A stretch of DNA of 63,959 bases, filler included, from Octopus bimaculoides (taxonomy: Eukaryota): NCBI RefSeq assembly GCF_001194135.2. It is 4 parts of 4 records of this genome, joined end to end, with 100 filler letters (N's around TTAATTAATTAA, not from the genome) between each part and the next. Parts side by side here need not be neighbours in the genome. Positions count along the whole stretch, not along the records: positions 1 to 22,117 come from NC_068982.1; 3 more parts are not named here. One strand, written 5' to 3'. The notes under the pieces are model-generated. The model searched no databases and was not told where the DNA came from. It saw only the letters and a program-made list of their open reading frames with translations. A program made the translations under genes and the position numbers. Below are positions 1-11,726 of this stretch, piece after piece. Positions within the stretch are counted from its first letter, which is position 1; every line of letters begins with the position of its first letter.

Positions 1-94
1 TCTCTCTCTCTCTCTCTTATATTTTTATAAAAACTTGTCAATTTCATATGTTAAATATGTATATGTATTAACTAGTGTTTTGATATCTTTCCAG

Positions 95-273
95 GTCACA
101 AGAAATGCTCACCTTCTGAGAGTAGTGCACTCAACTTTTCAAACAACTTTGGCCATAGTATAGGTGGTGTTGGTCATCGTGGTGTTGAAGGTGTTATAGT
201 AGCCAACATTCTCAAGCCTTTAGTATCTAAATGTGTTGATAGTCTCAAAGAACTTAGCAGCCAAGAAAATATT
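95..273 (+). CDS. unc80: UNC80 homologue, internal coding exon A (gene is partial in this window)
   Basis: Acceptor tttccag|95 and donor 273|gtaagt. After 2 nt, 59 open codons: HKKCSPSESSALNFSNNFGHSIGGVGHRGVEGVIVANILKPLVSKCVDSLKELSSQENI. The end resembles vertebrate UNC80 '...LITRCASTTHELHSPENL' (recalled) and joins exon B in phase 0. Confidence 0.88.
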
Positions 274-897
274 GTAAGTTGTTTTAAGACATTGAAATGT
301 CGGTTCCTTCATTTTAACACGACATGGTACTCTCTATATTTCGTTTTTATTATTATTTTTTTTTAAACTTTGGTTGATCAGTTTTGATTGAGCAAACTTA
401 TAAATGGACTGTATTCCATCCTCTTTAAAAAAGTATGTAAAAATAAAAAAGAACTGTCTCAAGTCCTAGGATACTTAGTACTGATTACTCTGTTTTTATG
501 CTGTATAAGTGACAAGATCATGCCATTCCCCAAGAACAGGATGCCAGAGTATGTATGATTACATTATCTGACTTGCCCCTTCCTAAGTTGATATCTTAAG
601 GTGGGATTTGAATGTGATTTGGTTGTTACTTCTCAGTATGCCAAGCGATCACAATGGGGTTACCTTAGATTTTTGTGGAGGATAAACTATTTTACTAAAG
701 GCTTACTATATTTTTGTGGCTTAAGTCAAACACTGAATTATATTTTAATTGGACCTTTATTGGTCAAATAATGGTGGTCAATTATACCTTTATGTTTTCA
801 TTGAACTGTGACACCAGTGAGTTACTAATCACTGTTTTGCTGTATATCAATAGAGGGGAAATTTGTCTAAGCATGCAGTGATAGTGCTTTTTAGCAC

Positions 898-1232
898 TAT
901 AAGAGGAGGACTGAGGACTTGATGGAAATGCTGGGGTTGGAGGAATCAGTATAACAGCTGGCAAGGGCGAATGGAGTGCAGTGGTATGGGTATGTATTGA
1001 GGAGGGATGAGGAGCATGTTCTGAGGAGGATGCTTGAGTTTGAGGTTAATGAGCCATGAAAGTGAGGTAGACTGAGGAAAACGTGGAGGAGGAGATTGGG
1101 AGGGTTGGCTTGAGAAGGGAGGACACCCAAAACCGGGAAAGATGGCGAGATGGTGTAAGGGCAGTTGCTATGGCATTGAGGTAGATCCAGGGACAAAACC
1201 TGGATTTAAAACACTGGATGATAATGATGATG
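898..1232 (+). mobile_element. RTE-clade LINE, 3' end fragment
   Basis: Decayed translation ...MLGLEESV*QLARANGVQWYGYVLRRDEEHVLRRMLEFEV...GRLRKTWR, matching the RTE C-terminal 'W.GHVLR...GRP.KTW' motif, followed by a (GAT)n-type tail. Confidence 0.75.
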
Positions 1233-1587
1233 TGTTTATAAGATGCCTTCTAAAGACAAATACCAAAGTATTATAGCTTTCTGTTAGTATATCCATGTTT
1301 AGTAAGATATATAGATCACATATCAAAATAGTATATTTTGTATTGAATGTGTGAATATTTTTTCTCTTCTTGATTTGTTGAGTTTGGAGAAAATTTCAGT
1401 GCCTGTGGCCCTCATAGGAGCTCCTAGACCAGTGAGATTAACACTACTTATGTTCTGCTTAAACTGTTGCAAGTCAATACTTGCTGGAAAGACTTAAGCA
1501 GAGAAGAAGAACTGGGAGTAGTAGTTTGTGTAGTACTTGTGAAGATTAGATATAATATGGGTGATGAGAGGAAGGGAGATGGGTGAG

Positions 1588-1914
1588 TTAGGAATGTCTG
1601 AATGGTGGTGGCATGAGACCAATCAGTTCTGAGGAGTAGAGGTTATTATAGTGGCAGAGATAGAAGATAGCTTGCCTGTGGGCCTGGGGCTGAAGCATGT
1701 TTGTGAGTAAATTTATGCCAATCAACTCAGTGGCCTTACGCTGGATGCAGTCTAGGATGTATGCACTTGCAGCAACAGCACTATTCCAAATGTGAGAACA
1801 ATATTCTATTGTGGGTCCCATTCGAGTTTTATAGCATGTTAGTAATTGTTGGAGGATGAAGTATTTTAAAGTATTGAAGAGAAGAACCATTCTTTTAGAC
1901 ATGATCCTAGCCAA
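1588..1914 (-). mobile_element. CR1/L2/Jockey-group LINE fragment (region C-terminal to RT)
   Basis: ORF contains LLTCYKTRMGPTIEYCSHIW...LDCIQRKATELIG, the 'LYK..IRP.LEYC...W...LD.IQRRA..LI' motif of these LINEs. Confidence 0.7.
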
Positions 1915-2070
1915 GTTAAAGACAACATCCCAAAGAAGAGATCCTTAGGGATCTATATGAGATCCTCAGGATCAGCGTAGCCTAACATTTGGAGTGATTG
2001 TTAGGGGCTCTAGTTATGTAGTTGTGTGCTGTTCTACACAGGTTAGAAATAACAACCATACCTCTTTTAA

Positions 2071-2290
2071 TTCTTTAGCATTCAGGTTGTTCTGTCAATG
2101 TAATGCTTATTTATTCACATTGTTTTGAATTAATCATGTATTATGTTCTGGCCTCAAGTTTTTTTTTATGTAGATTTTATATTTCTTGAATGACATTGTA
2201 GGGTAGGTGTAAGAGGTTGGATCTGACTGGTTTGAACATAAAATGAGTAGAATATTTGGGCCAGATATGGCTGGTTTAAATGCTAAAGGG
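2071..2290. mobile_element. piggyBac-like MITE (TTAA target duplication)
   Basis: TTAA at 2067-2070 and 2291-2294; terminal inverted repeats (tt)ctttagcatt ... aatgctaaaggg. A second family member lies at about 32930-33135. Confidence 0.65.
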
Positions 2291-2708
2291 TTAAATTATC
2301 TACCAGCTCAGTGAAACAAAACAACAACAAATGTACAGAACACAAGGCAATGCAGTCCTAGATATAGAAGAAGACAGGATAGCCATGTCTGGAATGTCTT
2401 TGATTATAGTTAGATAACAACCCTTTTTGTATACACATTCTTGAATTTGTATTCATCCAAGCATTGGATAGACTTATCAGCATCACGACCTTTTTCAGTT
2501 AAATTTTATATGTTTTCATCCAAAATTTGACTTAAGTTCTCATATAACTTATCTTGCTTCTTGCATTTCTTAGTTTATCTCAATTTTGGTTACTTTCTCT
2601 TATCAGTTAACTGAACTTATTCACCTGGCATAAGCCATTCATTCTTATTGCATATCTGCATCAACACATTCACTTCTCTCTCTCTCTCTCTCTCTTTCNN
2701 NNNNNNNN

Positions 2709-2749
<41 letters not shown>

Positions 2750-2990
2750 CCCTCTCTCTCTTCTGATAATAATTTGCTGTAACCAATGAAGTAAATATAT
2801 TTCTTGTTTCCAAATATTATGTGTGCACAGCACATCTGAAGAATCAAAAACTCAGCTCAGTTTAATACATTTAGTTTCATTTTGAACATGATTTAACCCA
2901 TTCAAAGGTTTTTATACATGTAATATACCTACTTGATCTACACAAATAAAAAAACAGATGCAAAGTTCAAAGATAAATATCATCTGTTAA

Positions 2991-3208
2991 TACTAGTTTC
3001 AAATTTTGGCACAATGCAGCAATTTCAGGGGAGGGGATAAGCTGATTACAGTGATCCCAGTGTTCAACTGATACTTATTTTACCGACCCTGAAAGAATGA
3101 AAGGCAAAGTTGACCCCAGTGGAATCTGAACTCAGAACATAAAGTTGGAAGAAATGCCACTTGGCACTTTTTCTGACATGGTAATGATTCTGCCAGCTTG
3201 CAACCTTA
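2991..3208 (-). mobile_element. tRNA-derived SINE (family 1), CpG-decayed
   Basis: Reverse complement shows a tRNA-like head (ctggcagaatc..., gagttcagattcc B box) and the body motif gactttgcctttcattctttcagggtcggtaaaataagtatcag, shared with other copies in the window. Confidence 0.8.
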
Positions 3209-3240
3209 AATCATCAGTTAATATTGATTGGTCTTCCTTA

Positions 3241-3410
3241 ATGGCATTTCATCAGTTCTTACATCTGAGTTCAAATTTCATTGGGGTTGACTTTGCCTTT
3301 CATCCTTTCAAAGTCAATAAAATAAGTTTCACTCAAGCACTGGGGTCAATGTAACTGACTTAGCCTCTCCCCTAAAATTGCTGGCTTTGAGCCAAAATTT
3401 GAAACCAATA
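3241..3410 (+). mobile_element. tRNA-derived SINE (family 1), 5'-truncated
   Basis: ctgagttcaaatttc...gttgactttgcctttcatcctttcaaagtcaataaaataag...ggctttgagccaaaatttgaaacc. Confidence 0.8.
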
Positions 3411-3424
3411 TTCTTTTCTTCTCT

Positions 3425-3628
3425 AGGCACAAGGCCCGAAATTTTTTGGGGAGGGGGCAATCATTTAGATCAACCCCAGTATGCAACTGGTACTTAATTT
3501 ATCGACCCTAAAAGGATGAAAGGCAAAGTTGACCATGGCAAAACTTGAACCCAGAATGTAAAGATAGAGGAAATACCACTAAGAATTTCGCCCAGTGTGC
3601 TAATGTTTCTGCCAGCTCGCTGCCTTAA
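3425..3628 (-). mobile_element. tRNA-derived SINE (family 1)
   Basis: ggcacaaggcc...tatcgaccctaaaaggatgaaaggcaaagttgacc...ctgccagctcgctgcctta; same family as 2991-3208. Confidence 0.8.
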
Positions 3629-5652
3629 ATTTGAAACTAATAATGATATTGGTTTATTGAATTCAGTTCCTACCAAATTTAACTTTGTCTTTCATCTTGC
3701 TGGGGTACCAGTCACTTATTGGGGAAGGGGACAATATAAAAATAAACTTCTCTTCAAGCAAAATTTATGGCCTTCTACCTATGTTAGAAATTAATTAACA
3801 TATTAAGTAATTAACACCAGGTATTTACATTTTGATAAGTGCAGTATTTTTTATTTTTATTTTTGAGTCAGAAGGAAGAGCAATGCCTAAGGCCTTTTAC
3901 AGGGCCTATAAGACTATGGGCAATGCCACCTTAAAACATGAGCACACTGGGCATTTGTGTGAGGACCCTACAGGTGTAGGGGCCAAATTCTGATCTATGT
4001 AAGTTATGAGCTGCCCTCAATAGATAAATACTATAGGGCACAGAGGTAGTGGTGTTAAACTAGGACTAAGTTTACCACTCACATCAGTCATGGCAGATTT
4101 TAAACTCAGAACGAAAAGATCATGATGAACATTAGACTGGATTCCACAAGTCTGATGTTCTTACTGTTCCATCAATCCAACACCCTCAATTGGAATTTTT
4201 TATTAGCCCTGGCACAATGGAAGATAAACTTGGCGTTGACAGTATTTGGATTTTGAGCGTAGCGAGTTGCAACAAAAACTGCAAGGCATTGTTTCCAACG
4301 CTCTACTAATTCTATTAATTTACCACCTTAAATTAAGTTCTTTTATGCATTAGTAAAGGTTAAATTGTAATGGGGTCTTTAACTGTTTAAATACTATACC
4401 AGAAACTCTAAACCCTGAATTTTCATAATGCTGGATAATCATTAGATAATTATCATCATATCATTATGGAGATTAAGTTTTTTAATATCAACCTCCATGA
4501 GACTGCCCTTAGTTCTATGATACAAACTTCCTGTTTTAAAGTGATCTAAATTAAAATATCCTGTCAAAATTTCATGTTAAGTTATGTACCAATCACCAGG
4601 TTAATAATGATAAAGTTATTTTTACTAAATAAATTCTTAGTTTTAACAAATTGTATACAGAAGAATATGTACTAACTATTTTAAAGAATTAAAATAACAT
4701 AGGTAAAATGTTTTGTATTTATGCTGTTTATGCTCATCATCTGCATATAACTTTTGAGTTCTGTCAAACCAAGTTCCAGTGACTTTAAAGGAATTCTGTT
4801 TCAATTATCATAGTTAAATATGTATTCTAAAGTTAACACACATAATCATAGAATGTTATGTCTAATTTTTAAAAAAACAAAGTAGAATCAATGTTTAATT
4901 TATCCCTTGGGTGTTGAACTAAGACAAACAGCAACTTGCTCATTATGTCACTATTTGGGGTTCAAATTTTACTATTATTGATTTGGCTTTCATTCTTCAA
5001 AAATCATTTAAAATTGTACAGGTACATAGGCTGTGTAGTTAAGATATCTGTTTCACAACCATGTGATGTGGGGTTCCATATCATTGTATAGTACCAAGAG
5101 TAATATGTCTTCTACTATAGCATTGGGCCAACCAAAGCTTTGTAAGTGAAATTTGGTTGACAGATTCTGTATAGAAACATGTGTGTGTGTGTCTGTGTAT
5201 ATGTGTGTATATATATTGTATGTATGTATGTGTGTGTATATATGTATATTGTGTACATGTGTGTGTGTATGTATACTTATGTGTGTGTGTATACTTATGT
5301 ATATGTATGCATATTTATGTTTGTGAGTGTGTGAGCAAAAACAGTGATGTGTTTACAACTCTTGTTAACACATCCAACAACTCAGTAGTTTTTGATATGT
5401 GCAATCCCAGTGGATTAAAAATATTTTACTTCAAAAATAAGGATTGGGTATCTGGCTGTAAAAAAAACAGGATGGGTATCTGGCTGTAAAAATACTACCT
5501 CACTAATTCTTATTCAACGCATGCCAGCATGAATAACCATCTTTGAAAACAAAGATGATATTATGTAACTAGTAACAGACAAAATAAATCAATAAACTGT
5601 TTATGATTGTTACCATATGTAATGTGATGAAATATTGTTACTGTCTCTTCAG

Positions 5653-5831
5653 AGTTTATTCTGTGATGTACGTCAGTTGATATCACATGTAAAGGAAGTA
5701 CATGGTGGAACCTTACGCCGTGTTGCACTTAGTGGATTATTAGATTCTCTTGAAAGACTTAGAAAAAAGAAAACAGTTGAGAAGGAGAAAGAGAATGATA
5801 GAGCTATTAAAGGAACCCCCTTATCAACTAG
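5653..5831 (+). CDS. unc80: UNC80 homologue, internal coding exon B
   Basis: Acceptor ctcttcag|5653 and donor 5831|gtaagt; 179 nt, phase 0 to 2. SLFCDVRQLISHVKEVHGGTLRRVALSGLLDSLERLRKKK closely matches recalled human UNC80 'GLYCDIRQLVQFIKEAHGNVFRRVALSALLDSAEKLAPGKK'. Confidence 0.93.
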
Positions 5832-5878
5832 GTAAGTGCATTTTATTTTCAAATATTTTTGTATCCTTTTTGTATTCC

Positions 5879-6106
5879 TTTAACTGAGGTTAAAGGAATA
5901 CATACCAGTCATTTTCTGAGGTTAATTCAGTTAGATATAATCTACCTCCCTTTTGTATATGTGTGTCCTTTGTGCCAGGATAAAAATAAAACATTATTAA
6001 CACTGTTACATGAAGTGGAGCTTTGGATATGTTTGTATGCTCACAGTAATAAAATCTGTTATTACTCTCTGTGGTTTTGTTTAATATTTAAATCTTGTCA
6101 AATAAA
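5879..6106 (+). repeat. 228-bp local direct duplication, copy 1
   Basis: Identical to 7294-7521 except one base seen by eye (cctcccttttg vs cctcccctttg). Confidence 0.9.
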
Positions 6107-6848
6107 CATGATCTAACATTATATACTATTGTTGATTTGCATCCCAAAAAGCCATCCACTTGATACATAAACCTTCACTCACTAATTTTTCAAACATTGA
6201 GGTATGTTCCCTCTTTATCTTTTCTATCTGCTCTTGTGAACCTGCCAATTCTAAACTTCACTTTCACCAAATGTCCTTCTTGCTTCAACCACTTCTTGTT
6301 TTTCCTGCTTTTACTACCTCCTCTCTTTCCTGCTTCTATGATGTATTGTTCTTCCTACTGCTACCACATATTGTCCTTCCTGCACCTACCACCAGTTTTC
6401 TCTGTATTTTACTTTCTAGATTTTGTATCTTATCCCCATCTTCATTTCTCACAGCTGTGAATTTTTTTGAATGCCTTTTTTCTAATCTCCATGTCTTTAA
6501 ACTGAACATCAGTTGCATTAGACTCAACCAGTGATCTACATACCTCAGACAAGAAGGATCTGTAAAGGTTATGAGCACAGTCTCTTCTTGTAAAACTAAA
6601 TATATTGAAAGAAATTTCCATCTCATTTTAAAAGTAGAGAAGTGTATCAAACAGTTTTCAAATGGAATGTAAACTTTCTATTTCATCGACTACTTTAATC
6701 ACTTGAGGTAATTAAAATGTCAAAGTGGAGTACTGCTATTGTGAACCTCATGTCATGAAAACATTCAACTTCAAGAAAGAAAAAGGGTTAAAGAACAAAA
6801 AGACACATTTCATGAGGTGCTGATATTGGATATTAAAATATACATAGA

Positions 6849-6898
<50 letters not shown>

Positions 6899-7293
6899 GC
6901 ATGTGTGTGTAAATAGAACACAGTATATAAGAAAATATGACTGAGTCAGCACTTATGACTAAGGAATGGACATAAATGCTAAAAACACTTAAAAGACAAA
7001 ACAAACGAAAATTTATTCTTTTGTTATTGAAATTAATATGAAAATCTGTAAATAGAATATAAAGAAAATTCTTAAACAATTACATAGTTTCCAAATATTT
7101 AATTAATAAACTATGCTGAAATAGGCATAATGTAAGAACTGGCACAATTTACAATAATTATATATAATGAAGTGCTGGAGCAAGAGAAATGGAGCACTGG
7201 CCTAAAAACATTATGGTATTTAGTCTTATCTGTGCTAATCTTATCTTTCTACAGTCTGAAGTTAATTCCTTCAAGAATCAGCTTCACTTTTCA

Positions 7294-7521
7294 TTTAACT
7301 GAGGTTAAAGGAATACATACCAGTCATTTTCTGAGGTTAATTCAGTTAGATATAATCTACCTCCCCTTTGTATATGTGTGTCCTTTGTGCCAGGATAAAA
7401 ATAAAACATTATTAACACTGTTACATGAAGTGGAGCTTTGGATATGTTTGTATGCTCACAGTAATAAAATCTGTTATTACTCTCTGTGGTTTTGTTTAAT
7501 ATTTAAATCTTGTCAAATAAA
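7294..7521 (+). repeat. 228-bp local direct duplication, copy 2
   Basis: Matches 5879-6106; offset 1415 bp. Confidence 0.9.
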
Positions 7522-9210
7522 AATAGGATTTTTTTTTTGTAAATGAAAGAAACTATTGCAAATAAGTATTAACCTACCAATTCCCTCAAATTAACGAGGA
7601 AGTTTTTGTATGGTCATGAGCCAATTAAAATGCCTCCAAATGTTTATGAGCCTGGGAACCTCTACATAGTCACCTTCTTGCTAGAAACACCAGTCAAATC
7701 TTTATTTCCTTTGAAAGTGAATGTCACATTAGATAATATCTCATACATGCATATAAACATACATGTATGTATATAAATACGTATTATGTCTTATACTAGA
7801 TAAAATTGCCATTTTCGTTGTTGTCTGGTCTGCAGGAAGTGACTATGCTCATGGTCTGGTGGTATTGATACAATTAACATTCCTTATCAATAGTTGTGAA
7901 TTGAAGTTCTTGGAAAACATGCAGAGAAGGAATCCTAGAGAAATAAGACTTTTGGGAAAAAGAATTCAGCATAGTGGTTAGTGCAGGGCCTGGGAGTGTA
8001 CAACATGGATGATGAGAGGAAGAGACAGAAAGGGATTTCAAATGCCTGAGAGAAAGTGGCACAAGACCAACCAGATACAAGGAGCGGAAACTAAAGTAGT
8101 TGAAAAGGCAGGGAGAGGTGGAGAAGACAGTATGTCTGTGACCAGAAGATAGTGAGATAGCAGAATCATTAGCATGCTGGACAAAATGTTTAGTTGCATT
8201 TCTTCAGCTCAGTACATTTCTAAGTTCAAATGCAACCGAGGTTGATTTTGCTTTTCATTCTTTCAGGGTTGATAAAATAAGTACCAGATGAGCACTAACC
8301 AGGTTAGCTGCTGAACAGAATCACTTTACTTTTAATAAATAGAATAATTTCAGATTACGTCTATTTCTGGTTAATCTTTTCTCAGAATGCTAAGTAACTG
8401 ATCTTAAATGCTGATAATCCTCTCGGTGTAGCAGGAATCTTTTGTATAAATATATTTGAGTGGTTTCCCATTTTAACCTATGGCTATATTTGAACCCTGC
8501 AGTGTGAGCTAAAAAAACACTGCACTCATCAGTTATAAAGTACATTTGTTACTGTGATGTGCTGTACTCGTGTTGGTACTTCTTGCAGCTAGATGGTCTG
8601 ATCCATTATGAATTAAATGTTTTCAATGATGACTGGATATAAAGTGTTAACCACCATCAGCTAATGTCTGTTTCCCATGCTGGCATGGGTTAGATGGTTC
8701 AATAGGAGGTGGCAAGCCAAAGGACTATGCCAAACCCCAAATGTCTGCTTTAGCATGATTTCTATGACTGAGAGTACTGAGTGCATTTTTACATGGCGTT
8801 GGCACTAGTAAACTCACCTGCTAACTAACGAAACAAAACCCACAACTGAGGGTGTATGGTATCGAGACAGGTGGTTACATGTCAATCTCAAATCCTTTCT
8901 TATAGTTTTACATGTAATTTTCTGTAAGTTTGACATATGAACATATTTCAAATTCAGTCGTCTTATATAAATAATTAAATAAGCATATCCATTGATGAAT
9001 CCACTTTCTTATGCTAATTATGCAATCACTAATTAAGAATGGTAGTTATTGTTTGTTATCTGAGTAAAGAATTATCAGATGAACTGTTTGCTTTTGTTTT
9101 GGGATTCAATAACTAAGTTCTACTGATAATTAGCTGCAGAGTTAGTAAAATACGTAAATCCTAAGAACAAAGTATCTACTAAACATAATTAGTAATCCAC
9201 TTTTTTCCAG

Positions 9211-9343
9211 ACACACTACTTCTGGTACATCTGACAGTGGAGATGAAAAAGATTGGCATAAATCCTCTTGTGTGAGTGTCCACGAAGAATCTGCTCCTGT
9301 AAAGAATTCACGACGATCCATATTTCGAAAGAAAGTGAAAAAG
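9211..9343 (+). CDS. unc80: UNC80 homologue, internal coding exon C
   Basis: Acceptor ttttttccag|9211 and donor 9343|gtttgt; 133 nt, phase 2 to 0, completing the split Arg codon of exon B. HTTSGTSDSGDEKDWHKSSCVSVHEESAPVKNSRRSIFRKKVKK; SRRSIFRKKVK resembles recalled UNC80 'SRRISLRKKLK'. Confidence 0.85.
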
Positions 9344-9576
9344 GTTTGTTGATTTAAAAATAAATAATGCATGATTAGACTCTATCTTTTATAATTATTT
9401 GTGTTTATTTTTTGTTTATACTTATTAAAGATGTAACCTTATGGTGAATTTGAATCTGCAAACTAATTTTGATTCTCAAATTAAATAGAAAGAGTAGGTT
9501 TGACCCTTATGCAATTTCATCTACTTTCGTTATAAATTTGTGCTTTTGAATCTAATTTTGTACTTTTTTGAATCTA

Positions 9577-10310
9577 TTAGGTCATTAAGAATGAAATGTC
9601 TGATTTTCTTATGCACCAAGTTTGACAGTCGCTAACTCTAATATTTTATCCTGAATATTTTTTGTTTTACATTGAAGAGTTACATCATCACTTTTCGAAA
9701 TGCAATTTATGGTATCTGATTATATTGTGAGTTTTCCCTTGTAAATCAATTTTTGTGAACCCATAAACAGATAAAAAATTTGTGTTGTTTATGAATATGA
9801 GTTCATCCACTACAGCTTCATGAGACCTGGTAAGTCAATTAAAACAGTTATATACATCAATCAGTTGGATGAAATGATGAGTGAACTAGCAATTAAGCAA
9901 CCAAGGCTGGTTAATAGAGACAGGCCAATTCTCTTATAAGACAATGCTTGGCCACATGTTACACAAAGAATGCTACTCAAGTTACAGGAACTGAACTTGG
10001 AAGTACTCTGTCATCCACCATATTCATCAGACATTGCACCAACTGACTATCATGTTTTCCTGGCATTAGACAACTTTTTGCAAGAGAAAAACTTCAAATC
10101 TGAAGATGCAAAAACAGCCTCTTGTGATTTCATCACCTCTTGCTCTCCAGAATGAATTCTTCATTACTGGCATAAGTAAGCTGCTGATAAAATGGCAAAA
10201 TTGTGTTGATGATTTAAGTGCATACTTTGATTAACTGGATTGCGTTTTATTGAGATAAAATAAAATAAACTTTCAGTTCAAAATTAGACATTTCATTCTT
10301 AATGACCTGA
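9577..10310 (+). mobile_element. Internally deleted mariner element (Hsmar1/SETMAR-like transposase C-terminus)
   Basis: About 30-bp TIRs: ttaggtcattaagaatgaaatgtctgatttt (9577-9607) and aaaattagacatttcattcttaatgacctga (ending 10310), with TA on the left. ORF 9970-10155 has LCHPPYSSDIAPTDYHVF, the mariner HPPYSPDLAP.DY motif. Confidence 0.85.
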
Positions 10311-10346
<36 letters not shown>

Positions 10347-10517
10347 ATTTTTCAATTTTTCCCAAGTGTTAAACTAATACACCTACTTGTTCCTACACCT
10401 GTCTTCGTCTTTTGGTTTTTTTTTGTAAATCTAAACTATATATATATGTGTGTGTGTGTATAAATTAACAGAATGAGATAAAAATCCAAGGTTGTGAAAG
10501 ATTTCAGAACATTTATA

Positions 10518-10974
10518 NNNNNNNNNNNNNNNNNNNNNNNNNNNNNNNNNNNNNNNNNNNNNNNNNNNNNNNNNNNNNNNNNNNNNNNNNNNNNNNNNNN
10601 NNNNNNNNNNNNNNNNNNNNNNNNNNNNNNNNNNNNNNNNNNNNNNNNNNNNNNNNNNNNNNNNNNNNNNNNNNNNNNNNNNNNNNNNNNNNNNNNNNNN
10701 NNNNNNNNNNNNNNNNNNNNNNNNNNNNNNNNNNNNNNNNNNNNNNNNNNNNNNNNNNNNNNNNNNNNNNNNNNNNNNNNNNNNNNNNNNNNNNNNNNNN
10801 NNNNNNNNNNNNNNNNNNNNNNNNNNNNNNNNNNNNNNNNNNNNNNNNNNNNNNNNNNNNNNNNNNNNNNNNNNNNNNNNNNNNNNNNNNNNNNNNNNNN
10901 NNNNNNNNNNNNNNNNNNNNNNNNNNNNNNNNNNNNNNNNNNNNNNNNNNNNNNNNNNNNNNNNNNNNNNNNNN
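10518..10974. other. Assembly gap inside unc80 intron C-D
   Basis: Run of N. Other large internal gaps at 34431-34897, 44048-44452, 54437-54841 and 61323-61864 mostly abut (TA)n or (GA)n tracts. Confidence 0.99.
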
Positions 10975-11041
10975 AAAAATTTGGCAAAAGAATATAGTGT
11001 ATGTTAACAATCTTAACAAAAAACTCACAGTTGAGTTTTTG

Positions 11042-11396
11042 TATATATATATTAACTTTAAATAGAGCTCAAAACTGATCCGTTGAAAATACTTTATTAC
11101 AACAACAACAACAATAATAATAATAATAATAATGAAATTGACCTATGTATATTTCGATGGAACATCCAGAATGATTAATACATATAAAATATTATAAAAT
11201 ATTATAAAATATAGGATGCTCCATATCCTCAGGGTCCCATTGTTATTGCTATCATTATTATTATTATTAGTAATACACAGCCAATAAAAACAGAAAACAT
11301 TCAAATCCATAGGTCAATTTCATTATTATTATTATTATTATTATTGTTGTAATAAAGTATTTTCAACAGATCAGTTTTGAGCTCTATTTAAAGTTG

Positions 11397-11410
<14 letters not shown>
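11042..11410. mobile_element. Foldback/MITE-like element with about 100-bp inverted arms
   Basis: 11042-11147 is the reverse complement of 11308-11410 (two substitutions plus an (AAC/AAT)n length difference); 160-bp spacer; both ends run into (TA)n. Confidence 0.75.
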
Positions 11411-11428
<18 letters not shown>

Positions 11429-11726
11429 AGCAAAACCAATGTTTTAATTTACCAATATATAATGCACTTGGAAGTAATGCTTGTCTGGTGATGTTCCAAA
11501 GAGGCTAGTTTAGTTTATTTTAATTAATCTTACAATAGGTACAAAGTGTTCGATAGTATTTTAATAAAAATAAATATAGTCAATGCTCTGAAGTTCTTTT
11601 AAAATTTTGACAGAAATTTGTAAGCTTCAAATTTCCATGTCTGTAAATATTATATATGGTCTCTGTCTTCTCTAACTAATCTTTTTATTTACTACTTTCT
11701 CTTGATTATTTCTTTTACTTTGATAG

